A program made the position numbers and the translations under genes. From a virus, in the IMG/VR virus record IMGVR_UViG_3300042373_001362, positions 32,001 through 96,000 of that record: a stretch of 64,000 nucleotides of DNA; one strand, given 5' to 3'. The notes below the pieces were generated by a model. That model made no database searches and was not told the DNA's origin. It worked only from the letters and a program-made list of their open reading frames with translations. Positions 46,001 through 52,570 of the stretch are shown piece after piece (position 1 is the first letter of the stretch; every line of letters starts with the position of its first letter).

Positions 46001-47506
46001 GCATTGGCAAAACGTTCAAGTGATTGGCTTGCAAAGCTAAAAGAAAAAGAACAAAAGATTGAAGAAACTGGAAATGCTTTGCCGCTCAATTCTAGGCTTG
46101 TTCACCAAACGTCATACAAGCCAACAATAGATAAAGACGGATATCTAGTCCTTCGACCACTAGAGGACTTTCCACAAAAATCGAACGATGGCTCTGACGT
46201 AACTGTTAACAGAACAACGCTGCATTTAGCAATCAATCACCTTGCAGAAGGTCATATGTTTAGGCAGGAAACACAAGGTAAGTCTTACATTGTAATGATG
46301 CCTCTTGACTCTTTTATGGACCAAAACCCAGATAGCCTCGAAAATCTTTCAATAGTTGACACTGCAGCAACACCCCCACCAGGAGATGGCTTGCGCATGG
46401 CTCCAGGAACATTCAAAGTTATAGAGGTCGATGAGGGCGGGAATGGTCGAAGGATGGTTGAAGATGCTCTCAGAGAAGATGGCGTAGGCGTTCTAGTCGG
46501 TGGTGACAGGTCTTCCGGAACTCCAGGAGCAGATAAAGCAGCCGAAGCTAGGGCGCGGATGCTTGGAGTGTCTAATAACGTTGCGTCTGACCTGCCGTTA
46601 ACAGTGTTTGAAACTATTAACAGGACAAGCATATATGAGCAGTCTCGCTATGCCGATGTTCCTGCAACTACCGAAATTATGCAAACTGCTAGCAAAAATA
46701 CACTCATGAGAATGGCCAACAGAAGAGAAAACGCATGGACAGCATTTGATAAAGAAGTAGTAGCAACAGACTTTTTGTCTAGCGGTGAAGTAAAAGCCCC
46801 AGCAGAACCAAGAACACGGAAGCCAAAGCGAGTAAAGAAGTATAAGGGCTACGACCTTAACGAGCCAGACAATCCGGCTCCTAAGCCGGGAGAATTCCCT
46901 GATGATGTTGTTGAGGCTGCAACAAAACATAGGGCAGAGATTGAAAAGGTAGAAGCGGAAATAACAAAGCTTCTCATTGACTTGGCCGAAAAGAATAAAG
47001 CCCGTATGGAAGGTCTTGATTTTAGGCTTAAAGCTCTGAAGTCACTAATGCGCAAGATAGCTGCAGAAAAAGACAGCGAGCATGGTGGAGACGCAGAAAA
47101 AGCAGCGAAGTCCATGTCTGATGTTGTTAGGTACACGATGTCCTACGGCCCAGAAGATTACGTTGCTGGCGTAAAAGACGTTGTAGCAGAAATGCAGAAA
47201 CTTGGGTATGACCTTAGAATTAAGAACTACTGGAAGGGCGGCGACCCATACCAGGGAATCAACGTTGCCGTAACACACCCCGATGGAACAAAGTTTGAAC
47301 TGCAATTCCATACTCCACAATCTGTGGCTGAGAAAGAAAAAATTCACGTAATGTATGAGGAGTACAGAACATCAAAAGACCCAGGTCAGAGATGGGAGTT
47401 GTACCAGCGGATGGTTGAAATAGCTAACCAAATAGGTGTACCTATTCCACCAGAAGAACTGCTAACTATCGGCCAAGTGAAAGAACAGCCATTCCAGGCG
47501 GAGTAA
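37034..47506 (+). CDS. giant polyprotein 2: zincin, ART-like, DEDDh exonuclease, GNAT, RelA/SpoT-type C-terminal domain
   Basis: Continuous 3490-aa ORF with AAGGA RBS; nine xFSSG/xLSSG delimiters. Confidence 0.9.
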   Translation: MTGTFKTKTRFYTSSQFVTPISGRKHFVDSAIDFRRGLIENSSMAVLNADIAVKAAMGAGLSSSSASVGQKAQGGTSPDSDGKKRVNKGGVPGMEEDANGYRYMPEATWGPDKVLNLFPSQENRQSTDRTPNFGFIDKGPVITPEQYVQKMENEPRIRMSKYKINSRTGEPIEDTEVEFDRMRFGKTFDINPDVSDEISESVSEEIQEKSLGRSLKERMPGGSLIGRAAARFGVIMDELGKMRCPPGTPAANQFTDMTGSNCFGTSPGTLISEAINLAQNLVPEDDSRRSSRLTRGIVNLMFDLENGLFGNNVWYHADGTRMKHGEWRKFREAGGVAKNERWMVNGVERVLAELDSQDARMEDLYSKLGIDVSDVRKATNEDVFEAFQKLKDSGVIRAQLRGRPSAAQVEAMMTARLQNMDAHWIARSAEERKILLDIEVKRYRELERAHMEAFLDEVIKNPEHMKTIGDVTFNPAGRDRASFGISRIGPDGKPVGSINIDIPMSLKFQDSMLPNLSPDERLRIWAEGGQSEVLRAMAVKDFLVNSNSHAGQMIAMVDGGRGLGRHDMKHEIAHSIQAVAIFNHMKRELDARGSLVIDNGENKAPTVITDVSQLNSDMLMALMARENFMGIDLNSLKDLRSRGDVVAFLAGKYIDEVQAQYGGMRRAAEIGAELWSLRSSGLIYGDDVDAALEYMDDVASGAITIDRTVSDEILNRRVYEEYLDGSRRIREAREESERLAEEAEDGEFFDAEGRASAERLSAAREAYAAEKRAEVKEVKEAAKTMSEEDMIDFLADATESSDVLTEMLDSVEEAGEEPDWMSVMDRDTLDAMSKAVVDEWVKRFTVRRSPEAMEKLQKMIDDKRESKGTLSPEKVEERRFRQFMEGAAERAQEMGLEDLVQAYSDWEELATGEGVDGVDRARRKEMRDMYRDEYIKRRTEGPDSVSKEDARKEFNSKFKTLRKPKTTAAREREKRANPKKFKTHNGKDGARTFATAERERLLEGATTEEKIALVEMGSGETDVINMMNGSSEGMASARAIQRRNTRLKKNGVLPDELNHHEASIEEQVENFYIPLLELMDKSSLSQTVEMHIDSNDDAMKYVEDLLNGGSPEFTVGIGTGTLVTSNTDFSDGKKIVIRVPEGSRAVFPDWSFYSDSDNGEQKMMIPPSKFHLVEIRDDGTVVLEVGEQKGTEEVLKDAIEEISPSAGDSDFAYREGLKKKVGRVVDKRIAERRRQGMFDPEKRSPVEEERFSASADNAAAAAGFEPDLPPRPTTPPPTGDSPNKQRGVKRRQASAAIDRVVNPNNRTEDSWQKERRARQELDAIHAYITGEGAYQNRTNRVGRKIAQMMEEAFGTSNINELTEDQKYDLIDLISQRLDAKLRIDNNGSYDDRRSLSQFKSRIQDHIDISKMLDSNDFSDPYGSDGYDIDWSSIDTTPDRPERFSSGAKWGQMPSSNEQIDGLLDASNNDGFNEIYGSPQTREERIAQMVEMQSEVLTSLREMIDNVPGSGDELGLEASSIDPVIMDLIKNSSDEEIYQIISKAAMDLHQSFDSRPRVRMRQDELDNFLKTGRYGRESSFDTDANRFSSGRISKGIRARAKDKAIEMIAERIGKDEDSREIAEMVLDTVSALKYGPEAALTRLAIDLGRRGSRDIAERTLEELVSRGKLTDEQAKSILSKMDRFAPDGLPEPIKRGVGSAVRAAADAIDTPENRERLDRAREAAGEAAGRAREAVGEGARNVAERGRERLRRLRERDDRGEIPSSPEDVPFGDFDPADTIFSSGRRLDRRVASSEAGRERIMDGAKKTRTRFSSGETPELKEPKKPSRPREPDNGPMTGKFIDIFKGVKSYKEMLDRYNEQEVIFFDYETTGFDPKVERPVQIGAVKMKGGKVVERFNIFVNPEKELSDWSKANLVDADGNPLTNDWLNNQPSIAEAHQQLIDFFGPDALLGGQFTPFDLGFLEESLKNAGIEWTPAGVIDSKALADELLPKWTPETGDGPFALNDDGSKYATNSLGPLSEYLGVDLKAWHTADADSEASAMIVQKILERAAERDDTPKHLLKVENMPAIVNERRAKHKLAMDKYFADMKQYKADMEAYNASKSDSGGGTRFSSGGKADPMVIKTNGRYGDTSGKSDFSSDELKTIDEITERLSNSDLNLAWFSLENEDGTATSSPLINFNGRPIAVVRIGEQNIPFYRSTGSGGKDPSRFVPNKWYPFWGYNASGQWFIKNEEMENYYGIPELEEISKQLDTLTDGLPKLKASTEWRSVANIETGQMDDDFRGLINGTAFRNADSLYNRRDITNHITVSKKKTRDEIKLMKRDALKASRDGNTPPGVDRFSSGETYRELVRTEGRPSEKQKEAISDVKDILRNNEFGIADEFDDEYEVVDSPRRAELKAKVAEKISEAFSHDIEAREDVVVTAKNGEKINLGKDFKIEISEISVDVDTYDEETLEAIKEQQFYDTPTGSMSDSPSTLISMKISIKPKDEEAAKRLEQAGIPELLLPDYFDGTPGADDVRVGFSSRNLVINGNEMHATHESLFLRDEAQGKGIGSLFNAKNEGVYEELGVRRILTNGQSSELGESEGGTHWPRNGFTWAGEQSKQDFIKVIDRALKRRKSKFSEEEYARISSLYRKNPSTRKFETDASAEELVDFAYADELFKEQDASFMFKRDIELVSAGSPRFSSGGTRFSSGASGAARAGINRDIYEREGGRPSDKLEPSSLLRKSSDGKDSSALEINGKTYDIKSLKNEDGNFSVFIENEDGKKIAEIVLNQEPTSYASIVSISSEEDAQKAGALEGILDSLLINNPDATFRKTEKTAEWFNYVTNGMADYGLQGSRQVGFSGKFSDGERATPDGDYTLSSFLRFKPKRNSSKTLKSDKNSFSEYSYKWNGEIFDIGGESLVFGAPEDAEFEDSSIKKINLNPFEILGLEPTSEEGRDAAMKWMSAIHGASISIISDGQEFKPSTYVSALLYASSKGDKKAAEELDALAKRSSDWLAKLKEKEQKIEETGNALPLNSRLVHQTSYKPTIDKDGYLVLRPLEDFPQKSNDGSDVTVNRTTLHLAINHLAEGHMFRQETQGKSYIVMMPLDSFMDQNPDSLENLSIVDTAATPPPGDGLRMAPGTFKVIEVDEGGNGRRMVEDALREDGVGVLVGGDRSSGTPGADKAAEARARMLGVSNNVASDLPLTVFETINRTSIYEQSRYADVPATTEIMQTASKNTLMRMANRRENAWTAFDKEVVATDFLSSGEVKAPAEPRTRKPKRVKKYKGYDLNEPDNPAPKPGEFPDDVVEAATKHRAEIEKVEAEITKLLIDLAEKNKARMEGLDFRLKALKSLMRKIAAEKDSEHGGDAEKAAKSMSDVVRYTMSYGPEDYVAGVKDVVAEMQKLGYDLRIKNYWKGGDPYQGINVAVTHPDGTKFELQFHTPQSVAEKEKIHVMYEEYRTSKDPGQRWELYQRMVEIANQIGVPIPPEELLTIGQVKEQPFQAE
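38400..39130 (+). other. zincin-like metallopeptidase domain
   Basis: HEIAH at 38741-38755 and downstream AAEIGAEL. Confidence 0.55.
42617..43180 (+). other. DEDDh (DnaQ-like) 3'-5' exonuclease domain
   Basis: FFDYETTG, QIGAV, PFDLGFL, IDSK, WHTADAD. Confidence 0.88.
44630..44830 (+). other. GNAT acetyltransferase-like core
   Basis: LFLRDEAQGKGIG (acetyl-CoA motif A) ... GGTHWPRNGF. Confidence 0.7.
46880..47503 (+). other. RelA/SpoT-type nucleotidyltransferase (toxic alarmone synthetase-like)
   Basis: RLKALKSLMRKI, DVVRYT, KNYW, YQGIN, FELQFHTPQS. Confidence 0.85.
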
Positions 47507-47507
47507 A

Positions 47508-47747
47508 ATGAAGAAAAGATTTTTCACAAAAGGTAAGAACACCAAATTATTCGTTCTTTTTATTGACGATGCAAAAAAAGAGATGTACGAGTATGTCTTG
47601 ACAGAGGATGGACTAGAAGAGACATCAGACCTTATGAAAATAATGATTGATGGGTTTCAGGGCATAGAAGAAATAAGCGAACAGAAGGCATCAGAACTTT
47701 ATAAAGACAAAGGCTTTAAAAAAGCCATGAATAGCCTTGGTAAGTAA
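47508..47747 (+). CDS. candidate immunity protein for the RelA/SpoT-type domain
   Basis: 79 aa, starts 1 nt after the toxin-like C-terminus; EEISEQKA near the end. Confidence 0.55.
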   Translation: MKKRFFTKGKNTKLFVLFIDDAKKEMYEYVLTEDGLEETSDLMKIMIDGFQGIEEISEQKASELYKDKGFKKAMNSLGK

Positions 47748-47748
47748 A

Positions 47749-48750
47749 ATGAGCGAAGAATCTACAAAAAAGATTGCCGACGTAGCAAGAAGAGCCTATG
47801 AAACACGCATTGGCATACAGCCAGACGTCGACGACTCTGCCAGGCCTGTTAGTGGCTATTTGGTCAATAGGTCACAGGACACAAAAAGAAGAGCAATGGC
47901 AAAACTGGAAAATCCAGAAGGAGCTACTGCCCCGTTTGAGACAGTAGAAGGAGACCCGTCTGGCACCGACGCTATATCTCAGGGAGAAATAGAGATAATT
48001 CTTAAGCCTGGCGTTGCCAAGAAAACCTCCTACACTCGCGGCGATGCTGTGTCTACCGGCGGAAGGGCCGTAGCAATGAACTCCGACGCGCAAGAAGACA
48101 TACTTAATGCGATAATCCACGATGATGGACCAAATGCCAAAAAGACAATGGCCAGGACGATGATTGGTCTTCTAAAATCGTCTCTAGACGAAGATTATAC
48201 AGGGGTTACTTCTCTCCCTGATAATGCAGGAAGACTTACGCCTGTAGACAAAGAAGACCCGTCTGCATCGCAAAGAAAAAATGAGTCGTTTGAAGCAATG
48301 ATTCTAGGTGGGTTTGAAATAGACGATGTTGAGGGTGTTCATTTCCCTTACTCAAAAATCAAACAAATAGCTGAAGATGAAGATATTTCTGACTTCTTCA
48401 ACAACAACTTTGTTATGTCTCGCCTAAAAACTCTCAACAATAACGCTGAACAAGCAAGGGTTTTTTCAACCCTTGAATCAGCGGACAAGATAAGAACGGA
48501 ATCTGTAGTCGCTCTCAAGGAATATAGGGCAGCAAAGCGCATTAAGAAAATGTACGAATCTGGAGGGGTTGGATATGTGAAGATATCTCACCCAAAGGGA
48601 GTCAACATAGAAGACCCAAGGACGTATGACAGAAACGCATCTCCTCTTGACAATGTTGAATCAATACTAAAAGCAAAGATAGCCAAAGAACTGGATTCAG
48701 AAATTCAGAAAATATTTAACAAAAAGCCTGGAATGAAGAAGGAAAAGTAA
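47749..48750 (+). CDS. DUF3626-like protein (apparently degenerate)
   Basis: RRAYETRIG..RPVSGYL..GEIEIILKP..TSYTRGD..FEAMILGG..DDV. Confidence 0.5.
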   Translation: MSEESTKKIADVARRAYETRIGIQPDVDDSARPVSGYLVNRSQDTKRRAMAKLENPEGATAPFETVEGDPSGTDAISQGEIEIILKPGVAKKTSYTRGDAVSTGGRAVAMNSDAQEDILNAIIHDDGPNAKKTMARTMIGLLKSSLDEDYTGVTSLPDNAGRLTPVDKEDPSASQRKNESFEAMILGGFEIDDVEGVHFPYSKIKQIAEDEDISDFFNNNFVMSRLKTLNNNAEQARVFSTLESADKIRTESVVALKEYRAAKRIKKMYESGGVGYVKISHPKGVNIEDPRTYDRNASPLDNVESILKAKIAKELDSEIQKIFNKKPGMKKEK

Positions 48751-49184
48751 TGGGTGCTGTTCTTGTTGCTACGGCCGGAGATAAAAAAATATATTACGTT
48801 GTCGACTCTAAGGACTCATCAAAAGATGGAGTCATTGAGGATGCAGATGGAAAAACAACTGAAGTCCCATTCTTTTCATACATAGGCAAGACAACCGGAA
48901 TTCGACCAATCAGAAGCACCGAATTCCACAAGTTTTTATGGGATGAGCCGTCTGAAAAAAACAAAAAAAGATGGATGGAAACATTCATACTGAAGGTCGA
49001 GGAGCCAGATAAAAACGAGATGGACGGAGTAGTAGTCCAGGACTCAACTGGCAAGGCTAGAAAAAAGAAAACAAATATTGACAGGAAAGCAAATGCTTTT
49101 ATGAACAATAATCACATTAGCAATTCGTATGGTCTTCAGTTTTCGACTAAAATGATACTATCTGATATTAAGCGCGAAAAATAG
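48750..49184 (+). CDS. hypothetical head-region protein
   Basis: Coupled ORF, 144 aa. Confidence 0.6.
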   Translation: MGAVLVATAGDKKIYYVVDSKDSSKDGVIEDADGKTTEVPFFSYIGKTTGIRPIRSTEFHKFLWDEPSEKNKKRWMETFILKVEEPDKNEMDGVVVQDSTGKARKKKTNIDRKANAFMNNNHISNSYGLQFSTKMILSDIKREK

Positions 49185-49195
49185 GCAGGAAAAAG

Positions 49196-49846
49196 ATGTC
49201 AAGAGAATATTGGGAAAAAGCTGCTGGAGAAGGTGTTCTTCCAGACTTCGTCCCTCAGGAAAACGTAACTGGAGACATCCTTAAGGGCCGAGGTCCAAGA
49301 AGAGGAAACCTGGAGCGACTTCTTCGCTACTGGAGACCAATCATGAAGAAGCCAGGTGGTTTTCGTCGCTGCAGGGTAATTCTAGCTAACCACCCAGAAC
49401 TTTTTCCATTGGAGAGAATCTGTGCTTGGTTGCATCACGAAACTACTGGTCTTTGGCCAAACGAGGGCTGCCACCACCCAGGAATGAAAAACTGTCGTGG
49501 AAAACTGAAGAAGATAAACATGTCTGATTCTGACTTCAGAAAAAAACTTAGGAAAATAGGCGCTGCTGGAAAGCCTGGTAAAAAATCAGCCGAACAAGCA
49601 GAAGATTTTGACTACTTCTATAGCCAAATGGACCACCCAAACATGGGTGAGGACAATCCCGTAGTGACGGAAGACGACCTTATGCATGCAATGAAGGTTT
49701 TGGTTGACTTCTGCGAAATGGAAAAGGATTTTGTCAAATTTCTGAGAGATGACGAAAGCTGGGAAATAGAAGGAGAAGATTCCATGGGCAGGACAAAGTC
49801 TGTTCCATTCTCTTCCCTTGAAAGAAAGACCGATTGCTGCGGCTAA
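49196..49846 (+). CDS. head-region protein with Cys/His motif
   Basis: GNLERLLRYW..PGGFRRC..CAWLHHETTGLWP. Confidence 0.65.
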   Translation: MSREYWEKAAGEGVLPDFVPQENVTGDILKGRGPRRGNLERLLRYWRPIMKKPGGFRRCRVILANHPELFPLERICAWLHHETTGLWPNEGCHHPGMKNCRGKLKKINMSDSDFRKKLRKIGAAGKPGKKSAEQAEDFDYFYSQMDHPNMGEDNPVVTEDDLMHAMKVLVDFCEMEKDFVKFLRDDESWEIEGEDSMGRTKSVPFSSLERKTDCCG

Positions 49847-49850
49847 TAAA

Positions 49851-51854
49851 ATGAATAACGAATCATGCTGTGACGATAGACAAACACATGTGACAAGAGT
49901 GATTCTTGGCGCATCTGTTGAAAGAAGCCGCCCAATGGTGGTTAAGTCTGCTATCGCAAAAACTGGCTTGATTGTTGACTACAAGGCTGCTGCCAACAGA
50001 AGCGGCACAACAAGGAATTTCTCTAAATCTAAAAGCGATGCAACTTCTGGCTATAGAGAAAAGTCGGCAGTGTTAAGCACCCTGACATCGCTGGCCATAC
50101 CTGGAGACATCTCTCCAATCAGGTCACCGATACGTTCAGCGGTGTACAGAACAATTACCCCAGGCAAACCTGGCTTTGGCGGCAGCGTGCCAACGAAGCC
50201 AAACAGGGGCTACAGATGCCCAGAGGGCTATCAGTATGGTGGAAGATTTACCGACTCTAGGCTTTCAACATGCGGAATGAAGTTGTTCGACATTCCTAGC
50301 CCGCTCGGAATGGCTCTTGCTGCTATCAGGCGTTCCGTGAGAAGGCCGAAACTTGATGGCATAACATCTGGTGTTCTTGGTGGTATTGCGCCACCAGGAG
50401 ACCCAACAGTAAGACGAGACCCGAACGTACAGATACCAAAAGTGTCTTCGTTTAATAAAGCTGCCTTCCTTGCTCAGATTAAAGAAATGATTAATGGGCT
50501 AAGTTCTACAAGCTCTCCAGCTGCACGAATGGTCCGTAGAGATGGGTTTGTTCTTCAGCCGGTTGTTCCAGCACGAGTTCTGCGTTCGATACCAGACAAC
50601 AGGGACATGGAGGGGGCCGCTTATTTAACTTCAGTCCTTAATCCTCGTGGATTTGGTAAAGACGAAGTTGGCTTGCTTTCAAATACTGGAGTAAATTCGG
50701 TTACTTTCGTTCTTCCAGGTGGTTCGACGATTTCTTTATCCAAAGCTCGTGACCTAACGGTTGGAGAGAGAAGAAAATTAGGCAAGACAATACGTACTGC
50801 CGAGTCAATGGCAACACCTAAAGACCCAACTGGAAACATGAAATACATTGCTGACCAGATGGGTGATGGTATTGCCTATTCAGAGTCGTTCGTTAACATT
50901 AAGAACCCAAATGAAATAGTCAACGGTAAGCCAAAGTGGATAACTTCTGTATTTTCTGAAGCCAACAGGCCGAAGAAACCAGAAGAATTTTCAGCCAGAG
51001 AAACGGTTAGTAGTTCTGCCATTGGTAAAAAAATAAACTCGCTGGATGCTGCCGTTGAGCACATTCTTGGCGGTGGAAGCCTGTCTCAGATATCTCCAGA
51101 TGTCTTGGCAAAAATCCTTGCTAGTAAAGAATTGGTAAAACTGCAAAAAATCAATAGCAGGCAATCAATGGTTGTCATAAACGGACAACAGTACATTCTT
51201 TACTCTCCTAAATCAGACTATGCGCACCTTGCCGAGAGGTTCGCTTCTGATGTTCAGCAGTATCTAAGTCTTGAATCTCCAGATGTTTTGCTCGTAGGAA
51301 AGCCTTCAGATAAAAGAAAGTATTTAGTTCAGGGCGTTGAGTCTGCTGTTCAGGGAGCAGTATTTAATCCCAACGCAAAAATGTCCGACTTCAAACCAGA
51401 AGACGTTGCAAAAATGATGGTTTCTGATTTCTTGACAGACCAAAGGGTAAGGGATTTGTCGTCAGTGCATGCCCTAACTACGGCAGATGGCGAAATACCG
51501 ATGTTTGCTCAAAACCCAACATCTGGATTGACCGAGTTGAGCAAGATAGAAATTACAAAACGAATGAAAATGTCTATAGCGGAATTCTATAATTCCGGCA
51601 CCCAAATAGACTATTCAGAGTATTACCAAGCTCTAAAGATAGAGCAGCAGCTTGCCTATAGAAGAATGATAGAGCAGCTGATAACGAGAGCTAAAAACTT
51701 TAAGGTTGCAGACATAAGAAGAAGATTGAAGACAGACGGGTTAAGTGCTGGTGAATTAGCTCACCTAGAGATAATCGAGAAAATATACACAGCAAGAATG
51801 AACGTTTTATCTTCAAGCAAAAAAATGCTCACCAACTACCTAAAGGGAATGTGA
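49851..51854 (+). CDS. head-region protein with RCPxG..FTD..C motif and a degenerate HipA/PI3K-like kinase fold
   Basis: AERFASDVQQYLSLESPDV...VSDFLTDQRVRD; start moved to MNNESCC. Confidence 0.6.
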   Translation: MNNESCCDDRQTHVTRVILGASVERSRPMVVKSAIAKTGLIVDYKAAANRSGTTRNFSKSKSDATSGYREKSAVLSTLTSLAIPGDISPIRSPIRSAVYRTITPGKPGFGGSVPTKPNRGYRCPEGYQYGGRFTDSRLSTCGMKLFDIPSPLGMALAAIRRSVRRPKLDGITSGVLGGIAPPGDPTVRRDPNVQIPKVSSFNKAAFLAQIKEMINGLSSTSSPAARMVRRDGFVLQPVVPARVLRSIPDNRDMEGAAYLTSVLNPRGFGKDEVGLLSNTGVNSVTFVLPGGSTISLSKARDLTVGERRKLGKTIRTAESMATPKDPTGNMKYIADQMGDGIAYSESFVNIKNPNEIVNGKPKWITSVFSEANRPKKPEEFSARETVSSSAIGKKINSLDAAVEHILGGGSLSQISPDVLAKILASKELVKLQKINSRQSMVVINGQQYILYSPKSDYAHLAERFASDVQQYLSLESPDVLLVGKPSDKRKYLVQGVESAVQGAVFNPNAKMSDFKPEDVAKMMVSDFLTDQRVRDLSSVHALTTADGEIPMFAQNPTSGLTELSKIEITKRMKMSIAEFYNSGTQIDYSEYYQALKIEQQLAYRRMIEQLITRAKNFKVADIRRRLKTDGLSAGELAHLEIIEKIYTARMNVLSSSKKMLTNYLKGM

Positions 51855-52570
51855 TGCAGTTATTTTCTGTTGTTTATGACCCAAGTACGTCTTCTCCGTT
51901 TGGTCTAGTCGTTGAGGATGCAAGCGGAGAAAGGCATGCCTATGGTCTTTCTGAAGCTGGACGCTATTGGGAAAAATCTGGAAATACTTCTATCCCAGAA
52001 AGAATGATTACAACAGGTTTTGCTCCATATACAAAGTCCGCACAGGAGGCTCTATCTTTGGCAATAACTGGCGATGTCGTGGTATCTCTGTCAGAGATAA
52101 AAGAATATGTCAATCCTGAAATGGTTTACGCGGGAAGAACAATTAGAAAAAATACAAAGCAGCCTTCTGGTAGGACTTTTTCTATATCTAAATCTTATGG
52201 AAAATCAAAAGTTCAAATCGCTGAGTATTTAGCAGAAAAGTTTAAGTCATCCATAAAGCAGGCAACAGTAGTTTATGAAGTCAAATCTGCGAACATAGGC
52301 TTTAGCGAAAAGATAAATACACCTAAAACCGTAAGTTCTGAACCCGGCAAAGTATGGCTGGTTGATAGGGTTGGGTCGTTTCTGGGAAGAAGCGCTTCTC
52401 GTAGAATGGGTGAAAAAATAAACTCTTCTTATAGAGATAGTTACTCTGAAAATAACAGAATAAACAGAAGAGTAAAGTCTCTTATCGGAATTGAAGAAAT
52501 AGACCTAAGCCACTATCCAGTACCTGAAAGAATGAATATTTCTGGCATTGAGAGAACTAGGAGAATCTGA
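51851..52570 (+). CDS. hypothetical head-region protein
   Basis: Coupled ORF, 239 aa. Confidence 0.6.
   Translation: MMQLFSVVYDPSTSSPFGLVVEDASGERHAYGLSEAGRYWEKSGNTSIPERMITTGFAPYTKSAQEALSLAITGDVVVSLSEIKEYVNPEMVYAGRTIRKNTKQPSGRTFSISKSYGKSKVQIAEYLAEKFKSSIKQATVVYEVKSANIGFSEKINTPKTVSSEPGKVWLVDRVGSFLGRSASRRMGEKINSSYRDSYSENNRINRRVKSLIGIEEIDLSHYPVPERMNISGIERTRRI

Noticed and set aside
25289-46786. RFSSG repeats as a CRISPR-like or pure DNA repeat array
   Set aside because: Spacing is irregular (21 nt to ~1.9 kb within each gene), copies are always in frame and codons vary synonymously.
23537-47506. Inteins explaining the giant sizes
   Set aside because: No HINT signatures seen (N-terminal CL/CF block, terminal HN followed by C/S/T) and no LAGLIDADG motifs.
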